Below are positions 48,853 through 61,785 of a stretch of 64,000 nt of DNA, in pieces. The stretch is taken from positions 2,914,001 through 2,978,000 of the forward strand of contig OZ374558.1 in NCBI GenBank assembly GCA_977862235.1, in the 5' to 3' direction. Position numbers and translations under genes: made by a program. The notes under the pieces are model-generated. The model did not search any database, was not told where the DNA came from, and was given only the letters and a program-made list of their open reading frames with translations. Numbering within the stretch: position 1 is the stretch's first letter; each line of letters opens with the position of its first letter. This DNA comes from Dudresnaya verticillata. Lineage: Eukaryota.

Positions 48853-49698
48853 TGGGTGTGGGTTGTGCAATTGGGGTCGGGTGTGGATTGGGGTCGGTGG
48901 TTGAAGAGAGGGCGGAGGTTTGAGCCACGGCGCGGCGCGGCGTAATAGAGCGGACTGACGGGGCGTTCCACCGCGCGTGACACGGTGCGGTGCCGCCTTG
49001 CGATAGCGCATTGGCGATTCCCCGATTAAAGCGCGATATGGCGCCGCGAGAGCGCAAGCAGAGTGATGTCACAGAGCGCTCCTGCCGAGCGGCGGCGACG
49101 GAGATGCTGACGTCGAGCTGTCAAGAGGCACGCACTGTCATCGATTGACAGCGCTCACGTTTGCCAATTGTCTCCGCAGCAGCCTGCTGCAGCCGGCATT
49201 TCAGGAGAAGATAACACCGGCGCTACGTAGCTGCCTAGTATCGCCGTAAAAGGCCGGACCGCGATAGAGAGCCCTACGCCAACGCAAGTTCGGACGTGTC
49301 ACACTATACACAGCTAATGCTACAACACGTCGCGACACGCCCACCCGGTGCACCGCTCCACGAGCACCGACAACCCGCTTCCCGAATGTCATCCGCAACG
49401 CACCCTCGCACACATCAAACAGTGGCGCTCTCGGCACCGCTTGTCCATCCTAGTCGCGCTTGTCCGCACGCATTGCATTACCTATATCCCGCCCATGCAC
49501 CTGCACACCTATCTGTCAGCCTCTAGAAGAGGCTGTCTTCAGTGCAGATCACTACAATAACTAACACCCCCCCCCCCCCCCCCCATGCCCGCACACCACC
49601 CTTCACTGCCTTCCGCTCCCATCCCCCTCACTCCCTCACCCTCACGCTCAATAAGCAGCTCTAACGCTTACTTGCTTGGACACTAACACTCACACAAA

Positions 49699-50724
49699 AT
49701 GGCCTCGTACCCCACCCTCCCGGCCCTTCTCGTCATCCTCATCCTATCTCTCCAAACCGCAGCGCAAGTATGCGGCCCAAAGTGCAAGTTCCGTCTCTGC
49801 AGCGCCAACGAGCCGAGCCGCTTCCTCCCAAACGGGCCACGAATCCCCATCCGCACCAAACGCGTCTCAGGCTTCCCGTTCATCTGCCGCCCGAGCCGCC
49901 GACTGGGCCGCATTATACGCACCGGCGAGCCTCTGGTCTCTCGAGCAGGCCTGAAACAGACCCCGATCTCCAAGTTCCGCCCGCGAGGCTTCACGGGTCG
50001 CTTCTCCAAGCGCTTCTTCCAGGCCGTGCCCATCCCGCTCTCGGCAGACTCGCAGGGCATCGCTACAGCCGTGCGTCGCGGTAACGAGTACAATTTTCTG
50101 GGCGGCTTGTGCGTCACGCTCCCCATCGAAACGTATCAGACCATCAGAGGCAAGCAGAATAAGACCCGCATCACACGCGGACGCCAGCCTGCGCAGGATT
50201 GTGTGTCGTTCATTGCCACCACGCCTGACCTCGTCATCGACCTCTCGTGGAGTGGTAGGGAAGATCTTGATCTGTTCGTGCGCGGTCCGGGCAAATCGAG
50301 AGGGCGTTTAACTTCTGGACGCGTTTTGAGTGGATGTCGCGGTGGTGAGGAGACCATTGTGGTTGACAAAGCGCGGCGCGGCATTTATACGGTTGTGTAT
50401 AGACATCACCCGGATGAGCAGCCACCTTCCAGTTTTACGACAAGACAGCGAGATGTGGGTCAGCAGTTGCAGAGCATGGCAAGGTGGCATCCCAACTACT
50501 TGCTATGTACGGATCCACCGAGGAACACAGCGGTTGGTTTTACTACCCGTATGGCGAGTGGCCTGCCCATTACTTCTAACCGGCGGACGTTTAAGTATGC
50601 GGTAACAGTTACATGGAAGGGGAATGTTATTGTGAAGAAGACTGGCAAGGCTAGAGTCGGAGAGCATGGCGGCATTGGAATGTTGAAATTTAAGTGCTCT
50701 TCAGTGGCTTGTAGGAAGTCGTGA
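49699..50724 (+). CDS. Secreted basic protein: Cys-containing N-domain plus YfaP/DUF2135-like C-domain
   Basis: Signal-peptide-like start; CGPKCKFRLC; DLVIDLSWSGREDLDLFVRGPG..GGEETI..GIYTV; paralog of 55921-56922. Confidence 0.85.
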   Translation: MASYPTLPALLVILILSLQTAAQVCGPKCKFRLCSANEPSRFLPNGPRIPIRTKRVSGFPFICRPSRRLGRIIRTGEPLVSRAGLKQTPISKFRPRGFTGRFSKRFFQAVPIPLSADSQGIATAVRRGNEYNFLGGLCVTLPIETYQTIRGKQNKTRITRGRQPAQDCVSFIATTPDLVIDLSWSGREDLDLFVRGPGKSRGRLTSGRVLSGCRGGEETIVVDKARRGIYTVVYRHHPDEQPPSSFTTRQRDVGQQLQSMARWHPNYLLCTDPPRNTAVGFTTRMASGLPITSNRRTFKYAVTVTWKGNVIVKKTGKARVGEHGGIGMLKFKCSSVACRKS

Positions 50725-53456
50725 CTTAGAGAAAGTTGCGCAAAGAGCGCGCCAAGAGAATCTGACGATTGTGCCGGCCAGAGATTTAGTTTGGGGTGAT
50801 AAATGACACAGCCATTGTCTGTGCAGAAAATGTTTCCGCTTCAGAGTTTGTCTTGGTAGAGGTCGGCAAGCACCGTTCGGCCGCTAACCTTCTTTTAACA
50901 CATTTGTGTTGAGAGCATCTTCGTTGTTTCCAGTAAGTAATGGTAAACTACTAGGCCTTGGATGGGCTGGAAGGTAGACCACAACTTGGAGGAGTCTAGA
51001 CAATGTCAGTGTGCAAAAGCAAAGAAAGGAGTGTGAGCAGTGACAAGTTGGCTAGGTGTGCAACCTTTTTCAGCTGACTACCGAGGTTGAACATGCAGAT
51101 CAAAGATCTTGTCGGTGCTCTTGGATTAACTACAACTCACAGAACTGACTGCGCTGCGGCAGGGCGTGTGCAGGATGACACTTGCAAGCTGTATCTGCAC
51201 AGTATCAGCGCCGGTCCAGGCGGACGACCTCTCCGCTCTCGCGCTGCCGGACTAGGTGCGTCGAACTCTCATTCTCCTCCACCGCTTGTGCCAGTTGCAG
51301 AGTTGCAGCGCGTCTGCTCATCATGCGTCTCTGCGATTGGGTCGCCACGCTCGCATGCGCGAGATTGTGATTTGCACGAATGAGCGCGCTGCGTTTGCTG
51401 CGGCCGCTCTCGCAAGGCATCTCGCCAAGCGAGCCTTGTTGATTGCTGCGTTTTCGCGCCTTGACATCCGCCACCATTCTCTCCCCAAACGCCTTCTTAA
51501 ACCCCGCCTCCCCGCCTCCCACCGCCCCGCCTCCCCGCCGCCAAGCCCCGCCGCGCCGGCCCGGACGCGACTGGTGCCGACCGGCGTCTGCCGCTGCGGC
51601 CGCGCCGGCCGGTCGGCGGCGGGCTCCCGCCGAGGGCGGCGCGGGCTGGGCTCCGTTGGGGGTGCGCGATGTGGCACTGGGCACCACCGCCTTGGTGCCT
51701 GCTCGCCCGCCCGCACACCGGCCGCACACCGCCCGCTTCCGGTCCGTAGAGCTCCGTCGTCCGACCCAGACACCAAGTGCCGCAGCTGTCGGCAGCCTGC
51801 CGCGCTGGTAGCCGCACCGCATGCGGGTACGCACGGGCTAGTCTTCCGACCTCGACACCACGCGCGTTCCGTCTGCGCTCATGGCCGCGCACCTCTACCT
51901 GCCTTATCCACATAAGACGAGTTCGCTTCCCGTCTCATCTGTCTAGATGCGACCCGGGCACCACGCGCATCCCGTTCGCGCTCATCGCCACTCTCCTCAT
52001 CCAATCTCAGTACCCCTCTCGGTGCTGAAACTATTTGCTGTTTGGTTGAATTGTTTCTGCCTACTCAAGATTCCCGCTCTGGACTGCATCGCAAGTACCC
52101 CTGGCTGTTCGCTGGCGATTCCCGGCCGCTTGTCGTCCTATCCAGGGGGGGCTGCTTTCGTCCGCGCCCCGTCCGCGCTTCCCGACGCCTGGACGGGTGC
52201 TTTCTGACGAGATTCAGGAGCCTTTTGATGCCTTTTGAGCTCGCTGGCTCGTGTATTGTTCTCCTTTGGGTGTGACTGATTCCTAGTATATGCACTATAG
52301 CTTTGCTGCGCTTCTGCCCAATCTTTCGTAAAGAGACACTTCGCATGCCCTAGTCTATCCCGTTCGGTGCCTTCTGTGACTACGTGTTTCGCCTGATGCG
52401 TACTTGTCCCCGTCCAAACTCATTCAGCTCCCGTATGCTCTCCAACACCCTGACCTGATGTTCGCTGTTACTATCTGTCTATGTCTGTCAGAATATAAAT
52501 CCTGTGTGATCGCTCTGTACTGTCAACGGATGCCAGCGCAAGTAGTTCAATGGTATTTTTTGCCTTTGCGACTCTCACTATCCAGCCATGCACTCTTCAA
52601 ACTGTTCATATTTGTCGTTCCTATCTGCATTTACGCGTTTGTGAAAGGTGCACAATACCAAAAAGGGTCACACTGTTTATTTTGGTACAAGGAACATTGT
52701 GATTGTGTGAGCCTATGTCAGATTAGAAAGCTACAACATCAAGCCTTCTCGTACCGCCGTCGGTCAGCACAGGCGCTTCTTTGCTCGCCTGGCTTGCTAG
52801 CCGCAAATACTGCAGATACCCTATAGAACTCGGACGAGCCTTCAGTTAAATTCCACGAGTTGTATTGCAGCTGAGGAGTACTAGTATCTATATCACGAAA
52901 ACGAAAACAACGGTGCTTTGCGTGATAGAGTTACTAGTCTCAAGGGTTGCAAGCATTAAGCTACACCCCCTAGACCCTCTACTGTAAAGTCCTATTATCC
53001 CGCTGTCGCTCGATGCCAATGGGAGATTCGAGATCCTAATGGACGCTTCAAAGCTAGATGACGCTTGTCGTGAGAGAGTCGAGATACTGCGTAGTCGTTG
53101 ACGCTGTGTTATTAGAGCATGCAGTGCATCCCAAGCTTTCCTGTCAGTCAAACGCTAGTTTCGTACAGTAGTAGCAAAAAAACGTTACTATCGTTCCTCC
53201 CATTGCATTCGTGCCTATCGTGTCCACATCTACCACGTCATGCAGAGATGCAGTCTGCAGAGTGTTTTTCGTAATGAGGTTGGATTGTTGTTTCTTGCCA
53301 GAAAAAGGTCAGACATTCGTACCAACTACCCGAAAGAGTTTGTGTCCCGTCGTGAAGTATACCTTCGACAACTGATTGACAAGAGATGTTCAATCGATAT
53401 TTCCAACGTTACTCAAGGAGCAGTTTAAATACGGTACTGTTTCTCATGCAAAGGCT

Positions 53457-54130
53457 CATCATCATCATCATCATCATCACAACTTTATTGAAGCAAGACG
53501 AACAGCGGAAACCCTAATGACTTAGCCGCTGATAACTACTGGAAGGTCTGGACTAACGGGACGTCGACGATTCACGGCGAGGGCGGTGAGCTGGAGAATG
53601 CGGGAAACCAGTGGTGAAACTAACGAATGGTATTCAGTAGTAGGATTTGTTCCCCGGCGCGTGGCCAGGAAAGAAGCGAGCTTTTGAAGTGCGCTACGGC
53701 ATTCGGGGCCAATGCCTCCGTGAATGTCGAATCCCAGCGGCTGAAACGTAATACAATGTGCTGCACAAGCAGTGCGATACTTGCGATGCTTGTCCCGTTC
53801 AGCGACTTGGGCGGCCCCTGCAGGAATTTCAGATGCCTTGGATACAGCACGAGCAGTAGAGGGAGTCACAATAGTAAGGTCATAACCAATGCATGAATCA
53901 GAAAAGGCGGGATCATCCAACACCAAATCCAATCGTCGAAGATCGTCCTGTAGATGAAAGGACTGCTCTCTCGTGACAGAAAGCCCGATAGACGGGTGAC
54001 GGAGACGAGAAAAAAGGAGATCCCTAATAGAATTGTGACGACGAGTGGACCCATGGGCACATGGACATGTCGAAGCATGATACCCCAACGAAGGCTTGCA
54101 AAGTGGAACTGTGAAAGCGAAGTATGAGTA
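53457..54130 (-). mobile_element. 5'-truncated non-LTR retrotransposon with restriction-like endonuclease (CRE-like)
   Basis: YHASTC..RRHNSIRD, RLDL..YDLTIV, AERDKHRKY, FQPLGFDIHGGIG; AATAAA then (TGA)n tail at 53457-53480. Confidence 0.85.
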
Positions 54131-55920
54131 GACTTTTGAGCCAGCAAGCTGTTGCAAGGGGCAGTTTTGATCGCTACAGTTTTTGTTCATTTTCTATGGT
54201 ACAGAAGGAACTTGTGAGACTCTGTAGCCACGATGTGTTACAGCAGTTGTAAGCCGTAAGTAACAAAAGAGATCGCTCCCATAATAAGAGTTCCTGAAAA
54301 GAGTACTATTATTCTTCGCGAAGAAGTACTGCAGATCCCGTGTTCAATGTGGTTGGGTCGACCCCTGTGGAAAGACATTAAATCTTTTGTCACGATATGA
54401 GCCCATGCTTCGTCGATCACTGCTGTAGGCAACACCATTATCCCGTTGTCTACTTAGACGAAGTGTCGCAAAAGGGGAGGGCTCAATTATATGAGACCGT
54501 ACCTTGGTTTGAATCAGAGTTCATTGTTTTCTATCCGCTAACACGTGACCTCTATACTACCCAAAGAATTGTTGAGGTGGAACAAAAGAGACGCGGAACA
54601 GATGAGATACATTTCATATCGTGCAATGACCACGAGTCGCTGCGGAGGCACAGAAAATGAATGGAAGGGAAACAACAAGCCCTCTTGTTGTAGAGTTTTA
54701 TGTCTGAACAAGTAACTGCAATCCCATTTGGTCGTGTTAGATTCCTTGGTGGCGGATAGAAGAGAAGGTGGCGAGAGATTGCAGTGTTTCATTCTTTTCC
54801 TTACTATTGCAGAGACCTGTTTTCAACAAGTTTTCCGCAAAAGTGCAGAAACTCACTATTGCCTGCAAAGAATGATGCAAAACCTCAACTTTGTGTTTCT
54901 CTAGCGAAGAAAAACGAAATCGTTGAAGTGGATATCCATGCCCTAAATGCCTTTCCAACTTTGTAGTGCAGCGGTGTTCTTTCGACCGGATGCGTAAGAA
55001 CATCATCGAACACGCAGCTCGAGAGTCATTGGACCAAACATGGAGCTCACGGCATTTATATCTCAGTCTCGTCTAACACACGGCTCTAACCGGTCCTAGA
55101 GCATCACTACTCGTAACTGCGGTGCTTGCGTACAGGTTGGGTCCATGGTTGCCTAGAAACACTGTCTCATCCTTGGACGACGTACTGCAAAAGTGTGCCC
55201 ATACAGAGACTGTAGAGGCTGTCCCACTGTAGGCTGTCCCACTGTGTCCGGTGATTGAACTTGGTCCAAAGAGTGACACAATCGTCCGGCAACAGGAAGC
55301 GGAGTCATCTTACGTGAAGAACATGTTTTTATGCAGGGCAGTCACTCGAAGTTGGAATTCAAACTGGATGTCAGGTCACATCAGGCTCGCTGTAAGACAT
55401 TCCAAGGGTGGACGCCTAACGAGGTCCCACCGGGAAGTACCCTTGAAGGGTACGCTTCGAAAGGCAACACGACCGTCGCGAGCGGGAGTCACCTTGATTT
55501 CGGAGGTGATGACGTTTCGAGAGATGCAGATCTCGCACCCAATCAGTAGCACTTGCAACAATTCCCACCTAACGTCTAAAGCGTGAGTGGAGAGATCAAG
55601 AATCCTCCATATCAGTATCCGGGTCCTTTACAATGTGCAACCAGGTCCTCTCCTCCAACGGCTGGCGATGGCATTTATTCGCTAAGAGAGCTGTCATTTC
55701 CTTTCCTAGTCAAATACGTTCGTGAGTGCATTGCGGTCAGCAACCGTGCCAGGCACCGAGCGACTTTGCCGCCAAGTCTGCATTGATTCTGCCGATGTTA
55801 CTCCGACCTGCGTTTTCATCTCACCAGGGCCCCCCGCACCTCCTTTAAAAGCCCATCCGTCCATGTCGTGGCTCGCACCAGCACCCCTGATATGCGTCTC
55901 AACATCAGCACAGATCCAGA

Positions 55921-56922
55921 ATGACATCAGTCTCCCTACTTCTCTCACTCTTGCTTCTGTCGTACCACTCTACACTGTCCCTGGGACAGTGCGGCTCGAA
56001 CTGCAAGTTTCGCTTTTGCTCACCGGATGTGCACACTTCAAACCGCGCGTTCCCCCGTGGTGCGTCTCTGCCGCTTCATGCACCCAAGATGGCCAGCTTC
56101 CCATTCGTATGCCGTCCTAAACGCCGTATTGGGCGCGTCATGAAAACCGGTCAGGCGCGCGTGTCACGACCGGGCGTTCCAGCCGTGGAAATTTCAAAAT
56201 GGCGTCCCGCCGGGCTGACTCGTAAGTTCTCGAAGAGATACTTTCAGCTGAAGAACATCCCACTCTCTCGAGAAGATAGTCAGGGTATTTGGCGAGCTAA
56301 GGACAAGGGCAATGGGCTTGAATTTCTGGACGGGACATGCGTAGTCTTGCCGATCGAAATGTATGAAGGCGTCTCGAAGCGGAACTTGACGAAAAACGTC
56401 CGCGGGAAGAAGAATGATTGTCTCGCTTTTGTCGCGACGATTCCAGATCTTGTTATCGACATCTACTGGAGTGACGCAGAAGATCTGGACCTAATCGTGA
56501 AAGGGCCGGGTTCTGTCCCGGCGCGCACAAGCGGGGATGTGGAGAGCGACTGTCGCGGCGGGCAGGAGACCGTTGTCGTGAAGGACGTAGTGGCTGGGAC
56601 ATACGAGGTGGTGTATAAGCATCACTACGATGAGGATCACGAGCCACCTCCAGGGATGGGTATGCCCGGGATGGGCAAAATGAGCACTGTGTCAAGGCCG
56701 CATTGGAATTATCTGTTCTGTTCTAATCGAATGCTTGTTGTGAGGGATAAGGTGAAGAAAGAGAAGAAGCGGCCCTTCCGATATCTGATTAAGGTTAGCT
56801 TTAAGGGACGCCTTATTTGGTCTAAGAGTGGGAAGGCATTTGTCCGTGGTCATGGGAAGATTGGCATGTTCAATATAGTTTGTAGAAGTGTAGGTTCTGG
56901 ACTTGGATGTATCGTACCATAG
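55921..56922 (+). CDS. Secreted basic protein, paralog of 49699-50724
   Basis: Signal peptide; CGSNCKFRFC; DLVIDIYWSDAEDLDLIVKGPG..GGQETV..GTYEV. Confidence 0.85.
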   Translation: MTSVSLLLSLLLLSYHSTLSLGQCGSNCKFRFCSPDVHTSNRAFPRGASLPLHAPKMASFPFVCRPKRRIGRVMKTGQARVSRPGVPAVEISKWRPAGLTRKFSKRYFQLKNIPLSREDSQGIWRAKDKGNGLEFLDGTCVVLPIEMYEGVSKRNLTKNVRGKKNDCLAFVATIPDLVIDIYWSDAEDLDLIVKGPGSVPARTSGDVESDCRGGQETVVVKDVVAGTYEVVYKHHYDEDHEPPPGMGMPGMGKMSTVSRPHWNYLFCSNRMLVVRDKVKKEKKRPFRYLIKVSFKGRLIWSKSGKAFVRGHGKIGMFNIVCRSVGSGLGCIVP

Positions 56923-57146
56923 GGAGATAGTCCTTCGAGAGCAGAAGCACAAAATCGCTTGTTTATTGCTTTTATTGACCCGCCTTGTCTATAAACGTCG
57001 AGGCTTCATATGAGTCTCTACTGATCTTTAAAAGGTTTCCCGTTCAATAGTTGCAAGCGCAGACCCTGAGTTGTAATTTCCAGGCACAGGGTCAAGTGGG
57101 GAGACATGTATAGCGATGCGCAGTTCTGACATGGACTGCTCGTACA

Positions 57147-57231
57147 ACTCTCTCTCTCCCAGTCCCAGTAAAACTCTACAAACTCTCCCACTCTCTCTCG
57201 CAGCCTCTCTCGCAGCCTCTCTCTCTCTCTC
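57147..57231. repeat. (CT)n-rich microsatellite
   Basis: Interrupted CT runs. Confidence 0.8.
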
Positions 57232-57472
57232 TGCTCCTGTCAAAGGTCTTCTAGTCAGAGCTATGGTTTGTGCTTGATACTGAGTCCCATATAGCGGAAA
57301 TATTTCGTTGCGTCAGTGTAGGACATCACGTTGAGATGAAGGTGTTTTCAGGCTTTTCGATGACAAACAAACATCCCTTCGATGAAATGGAAATGTATAT
57401 CTGAATACGGTCTGTCTTTTGACTTGTTCTGCCTTAGATCTCATGGACTTGGTAGTCTTTGACCCTTTATAT

Positions 57473-60400
57473 CCCTAATGCCATTATTTATCGATCGGTA
57501 TAGTGATCCGTTTACTGGAGAACGCCCTAGTTCGGCGCATCAGGAGACATGCCAATTCTGATCACACAGTGGCACAGACCATGTTTGTCCCGTCATCCTT
57601 ACAGAATTTCACCAGCAGAGATCCAATAGGAGTCGCACAACAAGCCGAGGAACTTGGGTCACTGGGCACCTTTTGGAATGTGTAAAAAAAGGGCTTTTGA
57701 TCAGTATAGGGATCGATACAGTGGCTAAACCGGCGACGCCAAACATGAAAATTGCAACGCAACTTCACGATAGACACGACTTTACCTTCTACTCTGCTTT
57801 CGTTGAGGTTGCTGGGTAGGGCCTACTCGATCCTGCGGTGTCGCTGGAGTGCTTCTCGATAAAAGCCGCTTAGAGGCTCTTCATGGGGTTTCCGGACTTC
57901 GCGCTGGTGTACTTGCGGGCGTGCTCACCATCTTGTCGCCAGCCCCCGCATTTCTCCCGTCTTCATTATCGTCAGCAACTGGAGAATTTCCCGTGATTCG
58001 TGGCGTTTTTCTGTGCTTTAAAACCGTGTTGCTGTGCCAAAGACTGCAACAGCTCTTGCGCAAGCCGGGATACGTCCGAATACAGAGCTGCACGCTGCAC
58101 ACCGGGCATCCATAGGAGGAGCATTGTCCCCTCCAGGGACCCTCATTCTGCCCACAAATTACACAGTACAAAACCTGTCCTTGCTTTGGCGTATATCCCG
58201 GAACCACTTGACGGAGCTTTACGCCATCTGAACTATTGAAAAAATGCAAGCGCTTTCGTTTGTGTGCCTTTTCCATATCTTTCAGCCTCTCTGCCTCTCG
58301 AAGCAGCAATAGCTCCCTCTCCGCAGCTTCTTGTCGACCATCCCTTATCGCAAGCGTCACAGCATGCGACAATAATTCTTTTGAGACATCGTACATAAAA
58401 TCGGCCGTCGCTTGCTGTGGATTGCACTTTTTTAGCATGTTTCGATAGTTGTCGAGAGTCTTGAATGTGTCAGCAGACTAGAGCAAATCTTGCCTCTAAA
58501 ACATGCGCCGTGCAAAGAATGCATTGATGGCTACTGTTTTTAGTGTCTGAGACACTATTTTTCTGTTCCCACTTGAAGTGGGAAGTTGAGCTTCGCAAAA
58601 TGGCCCTTTGCTGTGTTGCTCCATCCACGCCCGCTTTTTGCTGCGAGTAGAACGACTGTGCTATGTGCTTAAAAGGCTGGAGAGGGAGGAAAGTGCCCTC
58701 CTCTAGCACGTGAGAACAAACCAGCTTCCGAAACTTAAGATGAGTTATGATAGACTGATGATACGTCCTGGGGACGAATACAGGAATCTCTGAAGCGTTT
58801 TCGTGTGCCCATTTCACAAGGGGTATGGAAAGAGTGTTCATCGTGTCAAAACAGTTTTGCACAACGGAATAAGGAAAGCTCACCACAACTTTGTATAGAA
58901 TACCCGTCTCAGCCGCGGCAACGTAAACCGCATAGCCCAGTCGCAGTACCAGGACCTGATGTATAATCTGTGCCGCATGTGAGCTGGGTATGTACCTCTT
59001 AAATGTTTCGTCTCCAAGTTCACATAACACTGGTTCTGAAGTAGACAATTGGATGCTTTGACCAAGCGTTGAGGGCGCTACTCTTGCCTTGATTTCGACA
59101 GGTGCGACACTAAAACGTCTTCATTGTGCTGGGCATTAGGCTCATCATCAGTGGAGGACGTCAGAATAGGCAATTACCTATTTAAAGAAGCCTTCTTGAG
59201 CATGGCGATGCCATCTGGCGAACAAGCGAGATACTGGGCATTTCGGTTGCATAAAAGCCCTGCCTCAAAGACCTCTTCTATGAACGGTAGTGCACGCAAA
59301 GCAACCAGGACTGCGTCTTCGTTCGCAGTTCCACGCATCATGGCTTCCGTAGATCGCTTGTTCGAGAACCATCCGCTGTATAGAATTTTGAACCATTCTT
59401 CTAATGTCTTCTCTTGTGGCTCCCCCGAGAGCCCTAACGAAGACCATAAAGATCCACTGCTAAGCATTAGCAATCCGGCGTTTGTGCCGGTAATTCTGAA
59501 CTGGCGGAGCACGAACCAGTCCGCGCATCGTTGTCCGACAGTTAGCGGAAGACAATTTCTGCTGATTATGCACTCCACAATGTCCTTTAGTGCAGCGACC
59601 TTCTCGCCCTCAATGTTACGCCTCGTGTAGAGAACCTTATTAAATCGGTAGTTAGGTTTCTGGACAGCTATCCAAGTATTCAAGCTTGCCTGCATAGGCG
59701 CAGGTACGGTAAACATGAACCGAAGCAGTTTCGCGAACTTCTCAGTCCCATGTTCACGAACAGCGACGGCAGTAGTCTTCTTCTGACCTACCAATGACGC
59801 TGACTGCGCAACGACGTTCTTCGTTGCAAAAAACATCGGGTCCAAGTTGAGGGATGTCGTCGATAACAAAAGCGCGTCGGCGGTCCAGCTGCAAGTTTGA
59901 AATGCTGTCATTAGCATCAAGGGAGTCACTGCTGTCACCGTCCTGTGCATTGTCACGGGAAGCACTCGCTTGCTCTATCTCATTCCGACCGTTACTCTCC
60001 TGTACGCAAGCTTCTTCCTCCAAATCACCTCTCCCAGGATGCAGGTATGAAGAAGCCACAAAAGGATGGACACGCAGAAGATGGTCAGGCATTACGAATA
60101 CGGAGCTGAAACCAAACTCGGTAATCAGATCCATGAACAGCCGCTTTCCATACCCTCTGTCCGCTGTGATAATGCATGTGCTCGTCGCCTCCGCACCCCT
60201 TCCATCCGTCAGCACTTCCAAACGTTTCCTCACCGATTCGACTTGCGATTCCCCGCGCCTCCTGAAGCGAAGCGCAAGCAAAACCCTGAATAGAGCATCG
60301 GCAATGGCATCCGCAGAATGACCCTCCTCGTCTGCTTTTCGCGCACTCAGCATCTTGACCTGATTGTCCGAGGCCCTTGTCCCGTAGAGGTCATCATCCA

Positions 60401-61567
60401 AAGTAGCCAAAAGATAAAGTGGAACGAAGAAAACCTTCTTAGTATCTCGAAATGAGAGTTGTTCAAACTCACCCAGTTGACATGTCAAATCGCGTTGCGA
60501 ATTCCACTCCATTTGACCTTCACGACCACGCCCAGTTGCCGAAAATGCCACAATGTTGTCTGCGAGGAAACGGATCCTTTCCAGAGAAGGTGTTGAGCTT
60601 CCCGACTGTCGCAGAACAGCTATAGTCTTTGCAAAGCTAAACCCAGTAGTGTGCGAGAGCAACAGCACAGCAACATAGCGGTACATGTCTGAAAGCTTTA
60701 CCACATCCGCGTCTAGCTCACGAAGCCGGATGAGCTCATTAATCCACTCTTTCAACTGCTGTAGAATGCGGTTCATGAATAGAACAACGAAACCGCTTCG
60801 GGTAGGTACAATGTCTCGAACAGAGCATTCAAGCTTCATTTTGTCAACTTCCGTTCTACATAGAAGCCTTGCTCGTTTTTGAAGGACATCGTCTTCAAAC
60901 ACTTGCTCCAAATACAGAGAAGCAGCTTGCGTAGTGCTCAAATTCCATCCATAAGTGGGGTCTTCGCGATTAGCCCGCCCTGGCCCGCCACCCCGTCCTC
61001 TCCGACGCCCTCGACCTCGCGGTCTTCCCCTTAATGATGCTCGTCGCCCTCTCCCGAGACCCCTTGTTCCCATCCCACTCGTCGAAGCCGCCACCTGGGT
61101 GGGATCGGTTGATGAAGGCCCGACATTCCCTCCCAGATTGCGAGTGCCGCCATTAACCGGCGGAACCTCCGGTGCTTCGACTGTTTCCATTCGCGGTAGC
61201 TCCGTACCTTGCAACGCCCTCCAGGTATGACAGGAGGCCTCCGCGGTGGGTCACGTAGCGACGAAACGGCGGTGTGAGCAGCAACAGGGTCGCAAAAGGG
61301 AAGGAGGGGGTGTCGCACACGCGGGGGCGCAGCTCCGAGAGTACCTATGGTATTTTGGGTGTTGAAGGCTTGATCGGCTCGCGAGAGGGAGGAGATACTT
61401 CTGGAGATCGCACCAATGGAATTTAAGTAATTTTTACAGCCGAAAATGCGCCTCAAAGTACCAACATGTTCTGCCCCTACTGAGCAGTATAGCGATCAGA
61501 AGGGGTGTAACGGCCAAAATCCAAAAATAGGCTTCGATCACTATACCGATCGATAACGGCATTAGGG
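57473..61567 (-). mobile_element. piggyBac-like DNA transposon with ATAT target duplication
   Basis: TIRs CCCTAATGCC..TATCGATCGGTATAGTGATC; ATAT on both sides (57469-57472, 61568-61571). Confidence 0.92.
57881..61214 (-). pseudogene. piggyBac-like DDD transposase with inserted YqaJ/lambda-exonuclease domain (frameshifted)
   Basis: RGRPRG AT-hook; TLDDD, TADRGY, KAGVDG; QRCADW..RITGT..AMMRG..E..LACSPDG..VEIK; C-terminal CVIC..CPVC..LC..C..WH. Confidence 0.85.
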
Positions 61568-61785
61568 ATATGCATCTGAATAGTTTTCTAGGCTACAATG
61601 CAAAGCATAAGCATGCAGTGCAGTGTAAAAGTTAGTAGCTGTAGATAGTACAATGATATAACAATATTTGTTGTGTGTAGTGTTACATATCAAATACTTT
61701 GTTTTCGATATATAGAGATGAAGTTAACTTCATAATGCATTTGCAGCTGATTCATCGTGCTGATAAGGATACTGCTGCATCCGAC

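Noticed and set aside
51380..53200. GC-rich stretch plus degenerate downstream sequence, possibly a TE remnant or gene
   Set aside because: No recognisable domain, termini or consistent reading frame
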